Source: Ktedonobacteraceae bacterium (GTDB lineage Bacteria > Chloroflexota > Ktedonobacteria > Ktedonobacterales > Ktedonobacteraceae). Taken from it: a DNA stretch of 50,612 nt. Positions 17,824 to 28,634 of the stretch are shown here, in pieces; position 1 is the stretch's first letter, and each line of letters starts with the position of its first letter. The notes beneath the pieces are model-generated. The model saw only the letters and a program-made list of their open reading frames with translations. It did no database searches and was not told the origin of the DNA. The position numbers and the translations under genes were made by a program. Where the stretch lies: contig JAICIM010000001.1 in NCBI GenBank assembly GCA_025928885.1, forward strand, positions 1 through 50,612, read 5' to 3'.

Positions 17824-18984
17824 TCAGGCTTTCTCTTCTTCTGAAGCTGATCCCTTGAATTCCCGGCGTATCCGCTCAACATCAGGCTTTACAGCATTCC
17901 GCATGCGATAGCCGCTTAATCCATGAATGCGACGCAGCTCAGAGATCAATACATCCATGTTCAGGTGATAATCGCCCTTTGGGGCTATTCCCAGGCTATC
18001 TACAGCCGCTTCGTCTCCCAGCAGTAGATTGATGCAGGTCGCGGCGCAGGAGCCTGTTGCCTCCAGATTATAGCCACCTTCCTGCACCATGATCAGGCGG
18101 CCCTGGCACATTTGCCGAGCCATATCGATAATGATCTGATTGAGCTTGGCAAAAGCCGCCGTGGAAAGATACATATTGCCAATAGGATCGGTCCAGTGAG
18201 CATCGAAGCCAGCTGACACCAGGATCAACTGGGGATCAAAGCGATCCGCCGCCGGGACCATCACCTGGCGGAAAATGGCCTCATAGGCGTCGAAGCCGGT
18301 TTCGGCGGGCAAGGGAACGTTGATGGTGGTGCCGTGTCCTGCCCCTTCTCCGCGCTCGTCCGCCAGCCCTGTGCCTGGATAGAACGGTGCTTGATGGACT
18401 GAGAAGTAGAGCACACGTGGATCGTCGTAGAACATTTCCTGTGTGCCATTGCCGTGATGAACATCATAATCGATGATCATCACTCGTTCGAGATTGTAAT
18501 GATCGAGGGCATAGCGGGCGGCGACTGCCACATTGTTGAACAGGCAGAAGCCCATCGCGGATTCGGCGACGGCGTGATGGCCGGGAGGACGTACCAGACA
18601 GTAGGCGTTGTCTATCTCGCCCTTCATTACAGCGTCGATAGCGACGAGCGGAGCACCGGCTGCCTTGAGCGCTGCCTCGTAGGATTTGGCGGAAACGTAG
18701 GTATCGGTTGCAAAGAAGAGCGTCTGACGCCCACTACGGGCTTCTTCCTGCTCTGCCTGATAACTTGCCGTCTTAACCTCTTGAATATATTCGCGCTCGT
18801 GTACTGTCACGAGTTCGTCGATGGTTGCAGCTCGTGGGGCCAGTTGTACCAGCCCATCGCGCTTGAGCCAGTCCAGCGCCTCCAGCATCTCCATTACCAC
18901 CTTGACGCGTTGCCAGCGTTCGGGATGCTTTTGCGGCGTGATGTGTTCTAAAAAAATCGGATCATAAATGAGGGCGGTGGTCAT
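17824..18984 (-). CDS. Histone-deacetylase-family (AcuC/HDAC-like) Zn-dependent deacylase
   Basis: Active-site motifs are present: RPPGHHA, IIDYDVHHGNGTQ and SAGFDAH. Confidence 0.85.
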   Translation of the reverse strand: MTTALIYDPIFLEHITPQKHPERWQRVKVVMEMLEALDWLKRDGLVQLAPRAATIDELVTVHEREYIQEVKTASYQAEQEEARSGRQTLFFATDTYVSAKSYEAALKAAGAPLVAIDAVMKGEIDNAYCLVRPPGHHAVAESAMGFCLFNNVAVAARYALDHYNLERVMIIDYDVHHGNGTQEMFYDDPRVLYFSVHQAPFYPGTGLADERGEGAGHGTTINVPLPAETGFDAYEAIFRQVMVPAADRFDPQLILVSAGFDAHWTDPIGNMYLSTAAFAKLNQIIIDMARQMCQGRLIMVQEGGYNLEATGSCAATCINLLLGDEAAVDSLGIAPKGDYHLNMDVLISELRRIHGLSGYRMRNAVKPDVERIRREFKGSASEEEKA

Positions 18985-18999
18985 AGCTTGTCCTTGAAT

Positions 19000-19024
19000 G
19001 GGTACCTCTTTAAAAGAGGTACCC
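19000..19024 (-). other. Perfect 25-nt palindromic hairpin between sucD and the deacetylase gene
   Basis: GGGTACCTCTT-TAA-AAGAGGTACCC forms an 11-bp perfect stem. No U tract follows on the transcribed (-) strand. It ends 15 nt upstream of the deacetylase ATG. Confidence 0.6.
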
Positions 19025-19090
19025 CTGTGATGAAAGAATCGCGCCGTTTGACGACTGAGTGATACTCTCTATGTAGGAGAATACCCGGGT

Positions 19091-19954
19091 TTACAGTACT
19101 TTTTTGACCAGTTCTGGAATGTCAAAGATGGTATCGGCGACCGGGACATTGGCGGCCTGCAATGCTGCGACCTTGCCTTGAGCGGTGCCAGTGTTGCCAG
19201 AGATGATTGCGCCTGCATGACCCATGCGTTTTCCCGGAGGTGCTGTGCGCCCCGAGACAAATGCGATGACGGGTTTGCTCATGGTCTTGATATATTCGGC
19301 TGCATCCTCTTCGTCGCTGCCGCCGATCTCTCCGCACATCACAACGGCCTGTGTATCCGGGTCGCTCTCGAATAGCTTGAGATAATCGACAAAAGTTGAG
19401 CCGATGATAGGATCGCCACCAATGCCGATGCAGGTCGATTGCCCGATGCCAGCTCCGGTGAGCAGCGAGACCACCTCATAGGTCAGCGTGCCAGAGCGTG
19501 AGATGAAGCCAACAGGTCCAGGGGTAAAGATCTGGTAAGGAATGATTCCGATCTTGCCTTTGCCTGGGACACACATACCTGGACAGTTCGGCCCGATCAG
19601 GCGTGCTCCGTGCTCACGAACCACCAGCATAGCTCTGGTCATATCGATCACGGGAATGCCCTCGGTGATGCAGACGATCAACTCGATACCGTTGGTTGCT
19701 GCCTCTGCGATAGCATCGGCTGCTCCAGCGGGTGGAACAAAGATGCAGCTTGCATTGGCGTCGGTAGCAGCTTTGGCCTGCGAAACGGTATCAAAGACGG
19801 GTGCGCCTTCGACTGTCTGGCCGCCTTTGCCTGGGGTGGTGCCGCCAACAATATTGGTTCCGGCTGCAATCATATTGCGAGTATGATACTGTCCTTCGCG
19901 CCCCGTAATACCCTGTACGATTACTCGCGTAGTGCTATCTAATAGAATACTCAT
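19091..19954 (-). CDS. sucD: Succinyl-CoA synthetase alpha subunit
   Basis: [21 protein letters not shown]..., plus the phosphohistidine region [17 protein letters not shown]. The gene lies immediately downstream of sucC. Confidence 0.95.
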   Translation of the reverse strand: MSILLDSTTRVIVQGITGREGQYHTRNMIAAGTNIVGGTTPGKGGQTVEGAPVFDTVSQAKAATDANASCIFVPPAGAADAIAEAATNGIELIVCITEGIPVIDMTRAMLVVREHGARLIGPNCPGMCVPGKGKIGIIPYQIFTPGPVGFISRSGTLTYEVVSLLTGAGIGQSTCIGIGGDPIIGSTFVDYLKLFESDPDTQAVVMCGEIGGSDEEDAAEYIKTMSKPVIAFVSGRTAPPGKRMGHAGAIISGNTGTAQGKVAALQAANVPVADTIFDIPELVKKVL

Positions 19955-19965
19955 CCTGATACCCT

Positions 19966-21105
19966 CTATCCCTTCGCACTCAAGGCGGCTACGATTTTCT
20001 GTGCTGCGTCGCGCATATCTTTGCCCCAGTCCAGCCCGGCATCTTTCAGCATCTCGCGGCCTTTTTCTGCTCCGGTGCCGGAAAGACGCACCACAATGGG
20101 CATACCTGCGGGCAGATCAGCCTGGGCCAGAATGACGCCCTGGGCCACCTCTTCGCCGCGCGTAATGCCGCCAAAGATATTGACCAGCACGCCTTTGACC
20201 TGGGGATCACGCGCTACAAAGGTCAGCGCTTTTCGCATCACTTCGGCCTTTGCGCCGCCACCGATGTCGAGGAAATTCGCGGGTTTGCCGCCAACGCGTG
20301 CCACCATATCCAGTGTGGTCATTACCAAACCAGCGCCGTTTCCGATGATGCCCACGTCGCCGTCCAGTTTAACGTAGGTCAGACCTTGCTCTTTGGCCTC
20401 AAACTCAATCGGGTTTGACTCTTCTGATTCAGCCCACGACGCAATCTCTTTATGTTTGAACAGGGCATTATCGTCGATGAGGATCTTGGCATCGGCGGCC
20501 TGAACCTTACCATCGGCTGTTAGTGCCAGAGGGTTAATCTCAGCCAGGCTTGCGTCGCTCTCAATAAAGGCCTGTGCAAGGGTTGCAAGGATAGCCCCTG
20601 CTTGGCGCAAAATTGCTTTCGGGAAGCCAGCGCGTGCAACGATATCGATGGCCTCGAAGGGACGTAGCCCCCAGTGCATATCGATGGGATACTGGATGAT
20701 CTTCTCGGGTGTGGTTGCTGCCACTTCTTCAATATCGATACCCCCCTCTTTTGAAACCATGACAACAGGGGCTTGCGTTTTGCGGTCGAGGATGATGCCG
20801 AGGTAGTATTCTTCTTTAATGTCTATTTTTGAGACAACCAGAACTTTTTCTACCTTCAATCCTTTGATGTCCATGCCCAACACGCGGGCTGCGGCTGCGC
20901 GTGCCTCTTCTGGCGTATCTCCAAACTGGATGCCGCCAGCTTTGCCGCGTCCACCTACGTAAACCTGGGCTTTGATGACGACGGGGCCGCCAAGCTCGCG
21001 GGCTATTGCTTCTGCCTCTTCTGGCGTATATGCGACACGTCCGGGTTGGACCGGAATGCCATAACGTGCCAGGACTTCTTTGGCCTGATATTCGTGAATT
21101 TTCAC
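19966..21105 (-). CDS. sucC: Succinyl-CoA synthetase beta subunit
   Basis: The N-terminus [19 protein letters not shown] is canonical. ATP-grasp and ligase-CoA domains are recognisable throughout. Confidence 0.95.
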   Translation of the reverse strand: MKIHEYQAKEVLARYGIPVQPGRVAYTPEEAEAIARELGGPVVIKAQVYVGGRGKAGGIQFGDTPEEARAAAARVLGMDIKGLKVEKVLVVSKIDIKEEYYLGIILDRKTQAPVVMVSKEGGIDIEEVAATTPEKIIQYPIDMHWGLRPFEAIDIVARAGFPKAILRQAGAILATLAQAFIESDASLAEINPLALTADGKVQAADAKILIDDNALFKHKEIASWAESEESNPIEFEAKEQGLTYVKLDGDVGIIGNGAGLVMTTLDMVARVGGKPANFLDIGGGAKAEVMRKALTFVARDPQVKGVLVNIFGGITRGEEVAQGVILAQADLPAGMPIVVRLSGTGAEKGREMLKDAGLDWGKDMRDAAQKIVAALSAKG

Positions 21106-21367
21106 CGAAATATTGCTCCTTGTGCTACATCTTTACCTGCTGTATGCCCCTATTGGGCAAGAAGAAGCGTCAAGTTATGGAACCATGCTAGCACTATCTT
21201 GCAGGGGTGTCAAGGATAGCCCGCGCCATACTCGCTCGCTACGAATGGGGTAGGTAGCGAGCAAGTACATTATTGCCTGGAGTAGTTTCTTTTGTTGTTG
21301 GCACTCTGCTATAATACGAAAAGTTTGTGTGCATCCAGTTTAGAGCATGTTGATATGAGGGAGAAGC

Positions 21368-21994
21368 ATGTACGATCACGTAATCGCGAAGCTAAGAGAT
21401 TCATATAGCCGTAAAGAACGAGTAGAGGAGCGCGACAGGGGCGAGGTGGCTCCCTGGAAAGTGGCCGAGCGGCAGCATTTTCTCTCTTTGCTGCAACAGG
21501 AGGGCAAACAGCGCTTGTTGGAGATCGGTTCTGGTCCTGGCAGAGACGGCAAATTTTTTCAGGATCATGGTCTGGAGGTCATTTGTACCGATCTGTCACC
21601 AGAGATGGTTCGCCTCTGCAAGCAGAAGGGGCTGACCGCGTATGAGATGGATTTTCTCAACCTGGATTTCCCAGCGGCGTCATTCGATGCTATTTATTCG
21701 CTGAACTGTTTGTTGCATGTGCCGACGAAAACGCTTCCCGATGTATTGACAAAACTATATACTTTGCTTCAGCCGGGGGGTCTCTTTTACCTGGGCGTCT
21801 ATGGTGGCACCGAGCGTGAGGGTGTCTGGCCGGAAGATAAGCACGAGCCGCGCCGCTTCTTCGCGTATCATACCGATGATTATATGCGCCATATGACGGC
21901 GAAATTCTTCACGCTGCGCTCGTTCAAGGTTGTTCCTCTGCCCGATACCGACGCCTTTCACTTTCAATCGATCGTGTTGCAGCGGCCTCGCTGA
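21368..21994 (+). CDS. Class I SAM-dependent methyltransferase
   Basis: Motif I reads LLEIGSGPGRDG, followed by VICTDLSPEMV. Confidence 0.7.
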   Translation: MYDHVIAKLRDSYSRKERVEERDRGEVAPWKVAERQHFLSLLQQEGKQRLLEIGSGPGRDGKFFQDHGLEVICTDLSPEMVRLCKQKGLTAYEMDFLNLDFPAASFDAIYSLNCLLHVPTKTLPDVLTKLYTLLQPGGLFYLGVYGGTEREGVWPEDKHEPRRFFAYHTDDYMRHMTAKFFTLRSFKVVPLPDTDAFHFQSIVLQRPR

Positions 21995-22009
21995 AACGGG
22001 GAGTGGCCT

Positions 22010-23032
22010 ATGACGAAAAAAGGGTCGGCAGCTTCTCTACCATCCTGGTTAAGAAGGGCCGCTGTGCCTGCCTATCTATTTGCAGATGGGCGTACGCCAG
22101 TGCAGATGATATGGTTTGCTCTCACATTCATGATTATCGTGGGTCTGGTGATTTCAGGGGTGATAGCGCTGATTATTAATTACTGGCTCTACACCATCCG
22201 CCTCACCCCTAACTCAGTGATCCCGGCAGCGCCCGTCGTCTCAACGTTGGATGTACAGCGCTCCTCCCTGTATGCTGGCCTGGAGATGACTATTAAGAAT
22301 GCCCAAATTGCTCAGGCGTTTGCTGATGATACCGTTCCCACCTCATCGAAGGTGGTGCGTTTGAACATGCATGTGGCGAATCCTACGAGCAATCAAATAG
22401 CCGTTCTGTATTATGATGTTGCGCGTTTGCTGGCTTCTCATATGCAACCGCTTGCCCCTCTCAATGTCCATCTCTCTGCTGCTATCCAGTCGGGGAAAGA
22501 GGATAACGGCTGGATTGACTTCCCATTCTCGAATGACCTGCAACTTGATACTTTGACATTACAACTAGGTTCCAGCACTCTACATGAAACGATAGTGCTT
22601 ATCCCGTTGAAAGCAACCTTTGATCCTAAACATTTTCTAACGAAATCTTCCCCTGAATCTCTTACTATCTCTTATAACTTTAATGGCAACCTTTTAACTT
22701 ATCATCTCAAAAATGTGGATGTTGCGTATGCATATCAGGGGAGGCAGGCGAAGGCTGGTGAACAATTTTATGTGCTGCATTTTCTGGTTGATAACCCCAA
22801 TAGTATTGATGTATCGCCGGGGTTGAGCTACGACTACATCCGGTTTGTGGTGCGGGAGTATAGCCAGCCGCCGCTTGATAGCACGCTCCCTGCGACGTTC
22901 AAGCACACATCGCACCGCATAGGCGGGAGTGTGATATTTGCGGCTCCTATGGGGATGAAAACGGTAACGATCGGTTTTCGTTCTCAGTTTGGTGGTCCGC
23001 AACAAAATTATATGGTTCGCCTCGTGAAATAG
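22010..23032 (+). CDS. Membrane-anchored protein with two DUF4352-like beta-sandwich repeats (function unknown)
   Basis: One N-terminal TM helix is present (MIWFALTFMIIVGLVISGVIALIINYWLY). Two segments follow the DUF4352-like pattern: VVRLNMHVANPTSNQI and GEQFYVLHFLVDNPNSIDV. The gene starts 15 nt after the methyltransferase stop. Confidence 0.4.
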   Translation: MTKKGSAASLPSWLRRAAVPAYLFADGRTPVQMIWFALTFMIIVGLVISGVIALIINYWLYTIRLTPNSVIPAAPVVSTLDVQRSSLYAGLEMTIKNAQIAQAFADDTVPTSSKVVRLNMHVANPTSNQIAVLYYDVARLLASHMQPLAPLNVHLSAAIQSGKEDNGWIDFPFSNDLQLDTLTLQLGSSTLHETIVLIPLKATFDPKHFLTKSSPESLTISYNFNGNLLTYHLKNVDVAYAYQGRQAKAGEQFYVLHFLVDNPNSIDVSPGLSYDYIRFVVREYSQPPLDSTLPATFKHTSHRIGGSVIFAAPMGMKTVTIGFRSQFGGPQQNYMVRLVK

Positions 23033-23038
23033 TAAACA

Positions 23039-23075
23039 GGGCAAGATGGCGTGTATGACGAAGCGCATCTTGCCC
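23039..23075. terminator. Hairpin between convergent genes (no U tract)
   Basis: gggcaagatggcg ... cgcatcttgccc forms a ~12-bp stem with one bulge. It lies between the stops at 23032 (+) and 23098 (-). Confidence 0.4.
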
Positions 23076-23097
23076 TCAGTAGTGTATGTGTGAGGAA

Positions 23098-24474
23098 TTA
23101 GCTACGGATAAACGCGAGTACCTCGTCGCGTTTCTGTTCCATTAGCGCTTCATTATTAGCTTCAAGGTTCAGGCGCAACAGCGGCTCCGTGTTGGAGGGG
23201 CGCACATTGAACCACCAGTCGCCATAGTCTACGGTCAGGCCGTCCAGGTGATCCACCGATTTTGCCCCCTTGCCAAACTTCTCCTCTAACCCTTGCAATT
23301 TGCTCTGGGCGTCGCTGACCTTGCTGTTGATCTCGCCGCTGCGTATCCCTCGATCGAGTGGCTTGATGATCTCTGAGAGCGGCTTATTCTCCACAGAGAT
23401 GAGTTCCAGGACGATCAAGAGTGCAATCAGGCCGGAGTCGGCGAACCAGTTGTCGCGGAAGTAGAAGTGGCCGGAGTGTTCTCCACCAAAGATTGCGTTA
23501 AGCCTGCGCATATCTGCCTTGATAAAAGAGTGTCCAACGCGCGTGCGAACCGCTTTGCCGCCCTCTTCCTCGACCAGTGCAGGAACGCTTTTCGAGACGA
23601 TCAAGTTGTAGAGGATGGTTGAACCTGGATATTTGTGCAGCAGGCTGTTTGCCACCATCGCCGTTACCTGCGAACCATCGATGAGATCGCCATGCTCGTC
23701 AACCGGGAACATTCGGTCGGCGTCACCATCAAAAGCGGCTCCCACGTCTGCTCCGGTCTCGCGTACCTTCTTTTGCAGGTCAACTTTATTTTCTGGCTCG
23801 ATCGGGCTGGCCGGATGGTTGGGGAAGTTGCCATCTAGTTCGAAGTAGAGCGGGATGAGTTGGCAAGGTAGGTGTGTGAAGACGCGCGGCAGCATCAAAC
23901 CCGCCATACCGTTTCCTGCATCCACTACAACTTTGAGCGGTTTGAGCTTGCTAACATCGATAAACGAGAGCGCGTGCTGAACGTAATCTTCGATGATGTC
24001 TTTCTGGCTAACCTTGCCTTTGTGGCCTGGCTGACTAAAATTGCCGCTGATGGCCAGATCGCGAATATCGGCCAGACCAGTATCCAGGCTCACAGGTGCC
24101 GCCTGCGCCCGACAAAATTTCATGCCGTTGTCTTTCCCAGGATTATGGGAGGCCGTAATCATGACACCGGCAGGGTAGTTGAACTTGCCAACGGCAAAGT
24201 AGAGCGCGTCGGTCGTGACCATGCCAAGCTCAACGGCATTGACGCCCTGATCGGTGATCCCACGAATGAGGGCGGCGGCCAGTTGCGGCGATGAGAGGCG
24301 CATATCGCGCCCCACGGCAATCTCTGGCACGTTAAGATACTGTGCGGCAGCTCGTCCAATTTTATAAGCAACGTCGTCTGTGAGGTTTTCTCCATAGACG
24401 CCACGTATGTCGTAGGCTTTGAAGAGTCCTGGATCGACATGTGTGCTGGGTATCGTCATTTTACAATCAGGCAT
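23098..24474 (-). CDS. Phosphoglucomutase / phosphomannomutase
   Basis: The phosphoserine loop TASHNPGKDNG and the Mg loop FDGDADR are present, as is the sugar-binding region GGEHSGH. An alternative start is ATG 24459. Confidence 0.9.
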   Translation of the reverse strand: MPDCKMTIPSTHVDPGLFKAYDIRGVYGENLTDDVAYKIGRAAAQYLNVPEIAVGRDMRLSSPQLAAALIRGITDQGVNAVELGMVTTDALYFAVGKFNYPAGVMITASHNPGKDNGMKFCRAQAAPVSLDTGLADIRDLAISGNFSQPGHKGKVSQKDIIEDYVQHALSFIDVSKLKPLKVVVDAGNGMAGLMLPRVFTHLPCQLIPLYFELDGNFPNHPASPIEPENKVDLQKKVRETGADVGAAFDGDADRMFPVDEHGDLIDGSQVTAMVANSLLHKYPGSTILYNLIVSKSVPALVEEEGGKAVRTRVGHSFIKADMRRLNAIFGGEHSGHFYFRDNWFADSGLIALLIVLELISVENKPLSEIIKPLDRGIRSGEINSKVSDAQSKLQGLEEKFGKGAKSVDHLDGLTVDYGDWWFNVRPSNTEPLLRLNLEANNEALMEQKRDEVLAFIRS

Positions 24475-24580
24475 TTGCTCTCGTCACATTGCTGTTTGCA
24501 GGAGCAAATGCACGACTCCTTTCTCAATTTACAACGTGATGCTGTGGGTCTTGTATTGATTGTACCGTACTCTTTGCGGT

Positions 24581-25147
24581 TTATGGAGCCTGGGATTTCC
24601 AGATTTCGAGCAACACCCAGGGATCTCCACCGCTACGAGGATCATAAATTTGACCAACTTCAACGAAATTCGCCTTCGCAAACGCGCGGCGCGATGGGTG
24701 GTTTGCCAGCGCGGTCTCTGCATAGACGCGAACGATATTTGGGAAGGTGAAGAGATGGCGTACAAGCGTACGAATGGCTTCTGGTCCATAGCCCTGACCC
24801 CAGCGCGATTTTTCGCCTAGTCCCAATCCTAGCTCAACCTGCCCCAGGCGATAGTCAAGGTTAAAATAGGTGATAGTGCCAATCGGTGTGTGCTGTTCGT
24901 CATCGATAATGAACCAGTATTGCCGACCATTGCCGCGTATATAGTTGCGCTCAAATATCGGCAGAAACTCTTTCATCGTCCGCGAGTATGGGCGATGAGG
25001 ATCGTACCGCCAGACTTCATCATCCCGTTCCCACTGAAAAACATTGGGCGCATCGCTCAGGATGGGGTTGCGCAGATAGACCCGCTCACCGTGAATAGGC
25101 TCTTGTGTGCTTTGTCGCCCTCGTTTATCGCGTTGTATTTCTGTCAT
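24581..25147 (-). CDS. GNAT N-acetyltransferase (RimJ/RimL-like)
   Basis: The region WGQGYGPEAIRTLVRHLF fits the acetyl-CoA site. The start overlaps the deoB stop as ATGA. Confidence 0.7.
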   Translation of the reverse strand: MTEIQRDKRGRQSTQEPIHGERVYLRNPILSDAPNVFQWERDDEVWRYDPHRPYSRTMKEFLPIFERNYIRGNGRQYWFIIDDEQHTPIGTITYFNLDYRLGQVELGLGLGEKSRWGQGYGPEAIRTLVRHLFTFPNIVRVYAETALANHPSRRAFAKANFVEVGQIYDPRSGGDPWVLLEIWKSQAP

Positions 25148-26325
25148 TGTAACCCCGTTTCCTGCGCAAAACTTGTACCCGCCTTGAGTGTGCCAACTGC
25201 AAAGGTTTGCGCCAGCGTCTGGCCAAGATCGGCAAAGGTGGAGCGTATTCCTAGATTGACTCCTGGCCGCACTGGCTGTCCATAGGCAAGCAGAGGCACA
25301 TATTCGCGTGTATGATCCGTTCCACGATATGTCGGGTCCACGCCGTGGTCAGCGGCGAAAAAGAGGGCATCGGTTGGTCGCATCAGGCGTTGAACCTGTG
25401 GAACCCAGGCATCGACATCGCGCAACGCCTGAGCATAACCCTCGCTATCGCGACGGTGGCCCCAGAGCATATCGAATTCTACCAGATTCACGAACAGCAG
25501 CCCCTCAAAGTCTCGCTCAAGCCAGTGCAATGTCGCGGCCATGCCCTCACGATTGGTCTCTGTGTGGTCTCTTTGCGTCAGGCCGCGCCCGGCAAAAAGA
25601 TCTTCAATTTTGCCAATGCCGACAACCTCTTTCCCGCCAGCCTTGAGGAGATCCAGCAAGGTCGTTCCCAGCGGGGCCAGCGAGAAATCGCGGCGATGCT
25701 CTGTGCGCTGAAACGCTCCTGGTGTGCCGATAAAGGGGCGAGCAATCACGCGTCCAACGGCATTTTCGCCCGTCAACATATCGCGTGCAAGCTGGCACAT
25801 CTGATACAACTCGGTGAGTGGAATGATATCCTGGTGAGCTGCGACCTGGAAAACACTGTCGGCAGAAGTGTAGAGGATGGGAGAGCCGGTATGCATATGT
25901 TCTGCGCCCAGCTCTTTGATGATCTCGGTGCCAGAGGCCGCTTTGTTGCCAATCACGCGTCGCCCGATGGCCTGTTCAAATGCCTGTACGATATCTGGCG
26001 GGAAGCCATGCGGATAGGTAGGGAGCGGCTTTTCCAGTACGACGCCCATCATTTCCCAATGACCGGCCACGCTATCTTTGCCCGCCGCTATGGCCCGCAT
26101 TTTGCCATAAGCTCCTGTCGTGTCTGTACGCGGCGGCGTTCCAACGATTGGAGTGATGTTGCCTAATCCGAGACTACCCAGATGAGGAAGCTCCAATCCT
26201 CCAATGGCTTGAGCGCAGTGTTCGAGCGAGCTTGCACCTTCGTCTCCATAGACCTGTGCGTCGGGATTGGCTCCTGCGCCAACCCCATCAAGCACAACAA
26301 CAATCGCTCTTCGTAGTTTTGTCAT
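25144..26325 (-). CDS. deoB: Phosphopentomutase
   Basis: The N-terminus RRAIVVVLDGVGAG and the region HGVDPTYRGTDHTREYVPLL are present. Length (393 aa) and overall pattern fit DeoB. The start overlaps the PFK stop as ATGA. Confidence 0.85.
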   Translation of the reverse strand: MTKLRRAIVVVLDGVGAGANPDAQVYGDEGASSLEHCAQAIGGLELPHLGSLGLGNITPIVGTPPRTDTTGAYGKMRAIAAGKDSVAGHWEMMGVVLEKPLPTYPHGFPPDIVQAFEQAIGRRVIGNKAASGTEIIKELGAEHMHTGSPILYTSADSVFQVAAHQDIIPLTELYQMCQLARDMLTGENAVGRVIARPFIGTPGAFQRTEHRRDFSLAPLGTTLLDLLKAGGKEVVGIGKIEDLFAGRGLTQRDHTETNREGMAATLHWLERDFEGLLFVNLVEFDMLWGHRRDSEGYAQALRDVDAWVPQVQRLMRPTDALFFAADHGVDPTYRGTDHTREYVPLLAYGQPVRPGVNLGIRSTFADLGQTLAQTFAVGTLKAGTSFAQETGLQ

Positions 26326-27533
26326 CGCCTTATCAACCTCGTTGTTTCTAAGCGTTTATAGTGTGGTAATGGTTCTCCAATGAGCGGCAATGCGTAATCG
26401 TAAAAGTGCTGCGTGACCATCGTTTTGTTCGCGTCCAGATACTCGATCGGGAGCAAACGCTGTACGTTCGCAATCTCAGCGAGATCAACCAGATCGGTTG
26501 TGCAGTGATAGGTCGGCTCATCGTGACGCACGAGCGCCACCATTTTATCGCTTGCTCCGTTGAGTGCCGCCAGCGCCCCCATTTTGCCCACCAGATAGGC
26601 TTCTTGCTGGTCGGTTGTTGAAATACATGTTGAGGCCATGCGCTGGAGATCTCCAGGTTTATCGAAACGCGCACGTAGTTTCAAATGCTGCTTGACTAAT
26701 TCTACCAGATTTTGTGCCGCGCCGCTGAGCAATGGATGGTGAAAGGCGTCGGTTCCTACCTGCCCAACGGTGCCTAACGCCTGTCCTTTTTCGTCGCGAA
26801 TGGTTTCTGCGGCCACGATAATGACGTACCCGATGCGGCGGTAAATTTCCTCGACCTGTGCCAGGAAACGATCGACAATAAATGGATGCTCTGGCGTGAG
26901 AATGATGTGCGGTGGATCGACCTCATCGCGTTTCCCCAGCGCCGAGGCGACGGTGAGCCATCCCGCGTCACGCCCCATCGTCTCGATCACCTTGACCGGA
27001 TAATGCCAGGGGATAGAGATGGTGTTCATGGTCGAATCTATCGTTGCCAGAGCCAGGAAGCGAGCGGCACTGCCATAGCCGGGGCAATGATCGGTATATG
27101 GGAGGTCGTTATCAATGGTCTTGGGGACGCTAATAATGGAGAGGTCGTAGTTGCTCTGATGAGCTGCCTCGCTTAAGCGATGCGCTGTGTCGGCTGAATC
27201 GTTGCCGCCGATGTAGAGCATATAACGGATGTTGTAGCGACGGAATATATCTATAACGTGCTCAAGGTCGCTGTCCTGCAATTTATAGCGACAGGAGCCA
27301 AGCGCCGCCGATGGAGTATGCTGGATCTGCGGCCAGAGCGAGGCTGGTTGCTGACGTAAATCTATAATGTCTTCTTTCAGCAATCCTTCGATGCCATGCA
27401 ACATGCCGTAAATGCCATCAACGCGATTGTCCGCCAGAGCCGCTTCGACGACTCCAACCAGACTGGCGTTGATGACGGCTGTCGCACCGCCTGACTGCCC
27501 GATAATCAGGTTTCCTCGTGATGTTACTGTCAA
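26322..27533 (-). CDS. pfp: 6-phosphofructokinase family, predicted pyrophosphate-dependent type
   Basis: PFK motifs IGGNDS and VPKTIDNDL are present. The positions equivalent to E. coli PfkA Gly104 and Gly124 are Asp and Lys, which is the pattern associated with PPi-dependent enzymes. Confidence 0.7.
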   Translation of the reverse strand: MTVTSRGNLIIGQSGGATAVINASLVGVVEAALADNRVDGIYGMLHGIEGLLKEDIIDLRQQPASLWPQIQHTPSAALGSCRYKLQDSDLEHVIDIFRRYNIRYMLYIGGNDSADTAHRLSEAAHQSNYDLSIISVPKTIDNDLPYTDHCPGYGSAARFLALATIDSTMNTISIPWHYPVKVIETMGRDAGWLTVASALGKRDEVDPPHIILTPEHPFIVDRFLAQVEEIYRRIGYVIIVAAETIRDEKGQALGTVGQVGTDAFHHPLLSGAAQNLVELVKQHLKLRARFDKPGDLQRMASTCISTTDQQEAYLVGKMGALAALNGASDKMVALVRHDEPTYHCTTDLVDLAEIANVQRLLPIEYLDANKTMVTQHFYDYALPLIGEPLPHYKRLETTRLIRR

Positions 27534-27698
27534 TGGATACCCCCAGATTCAAAATAGCCTTTTCAATGCCATTATAGCAAGTGAGAAGATAAGCGTCGAG
27601 TAGAAATGCTCTATGCTTGTGATTTTCCTCGCTTCCGTGTTAGTATAAATACTACAAGTGCCTTTTACTCAAATATTACACCTCTCAACGTGAATACT

Positions 27699-28630
<932 letters not shown>

Positions 28631-28634
<4 letters not shown>

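Noticed and set aside
25312-26166. 284-aa ORF on the + strand antisense to deoB. Similar long antisense or out-of-frame ORFs include 1170-1835, 7694-8182, 10310-10903, 16479-17018, 33949-34443 and 38457-39017.
   Set aside because: Each lies entirely inside a gene with strong family motifs on the other strand or in another frame. Their translations are Arg/Pro/Ser-rich with no recognisable motifs and no Shine-Dalgarno. This is the usual artefact of moderately GC-rich coding DNA.
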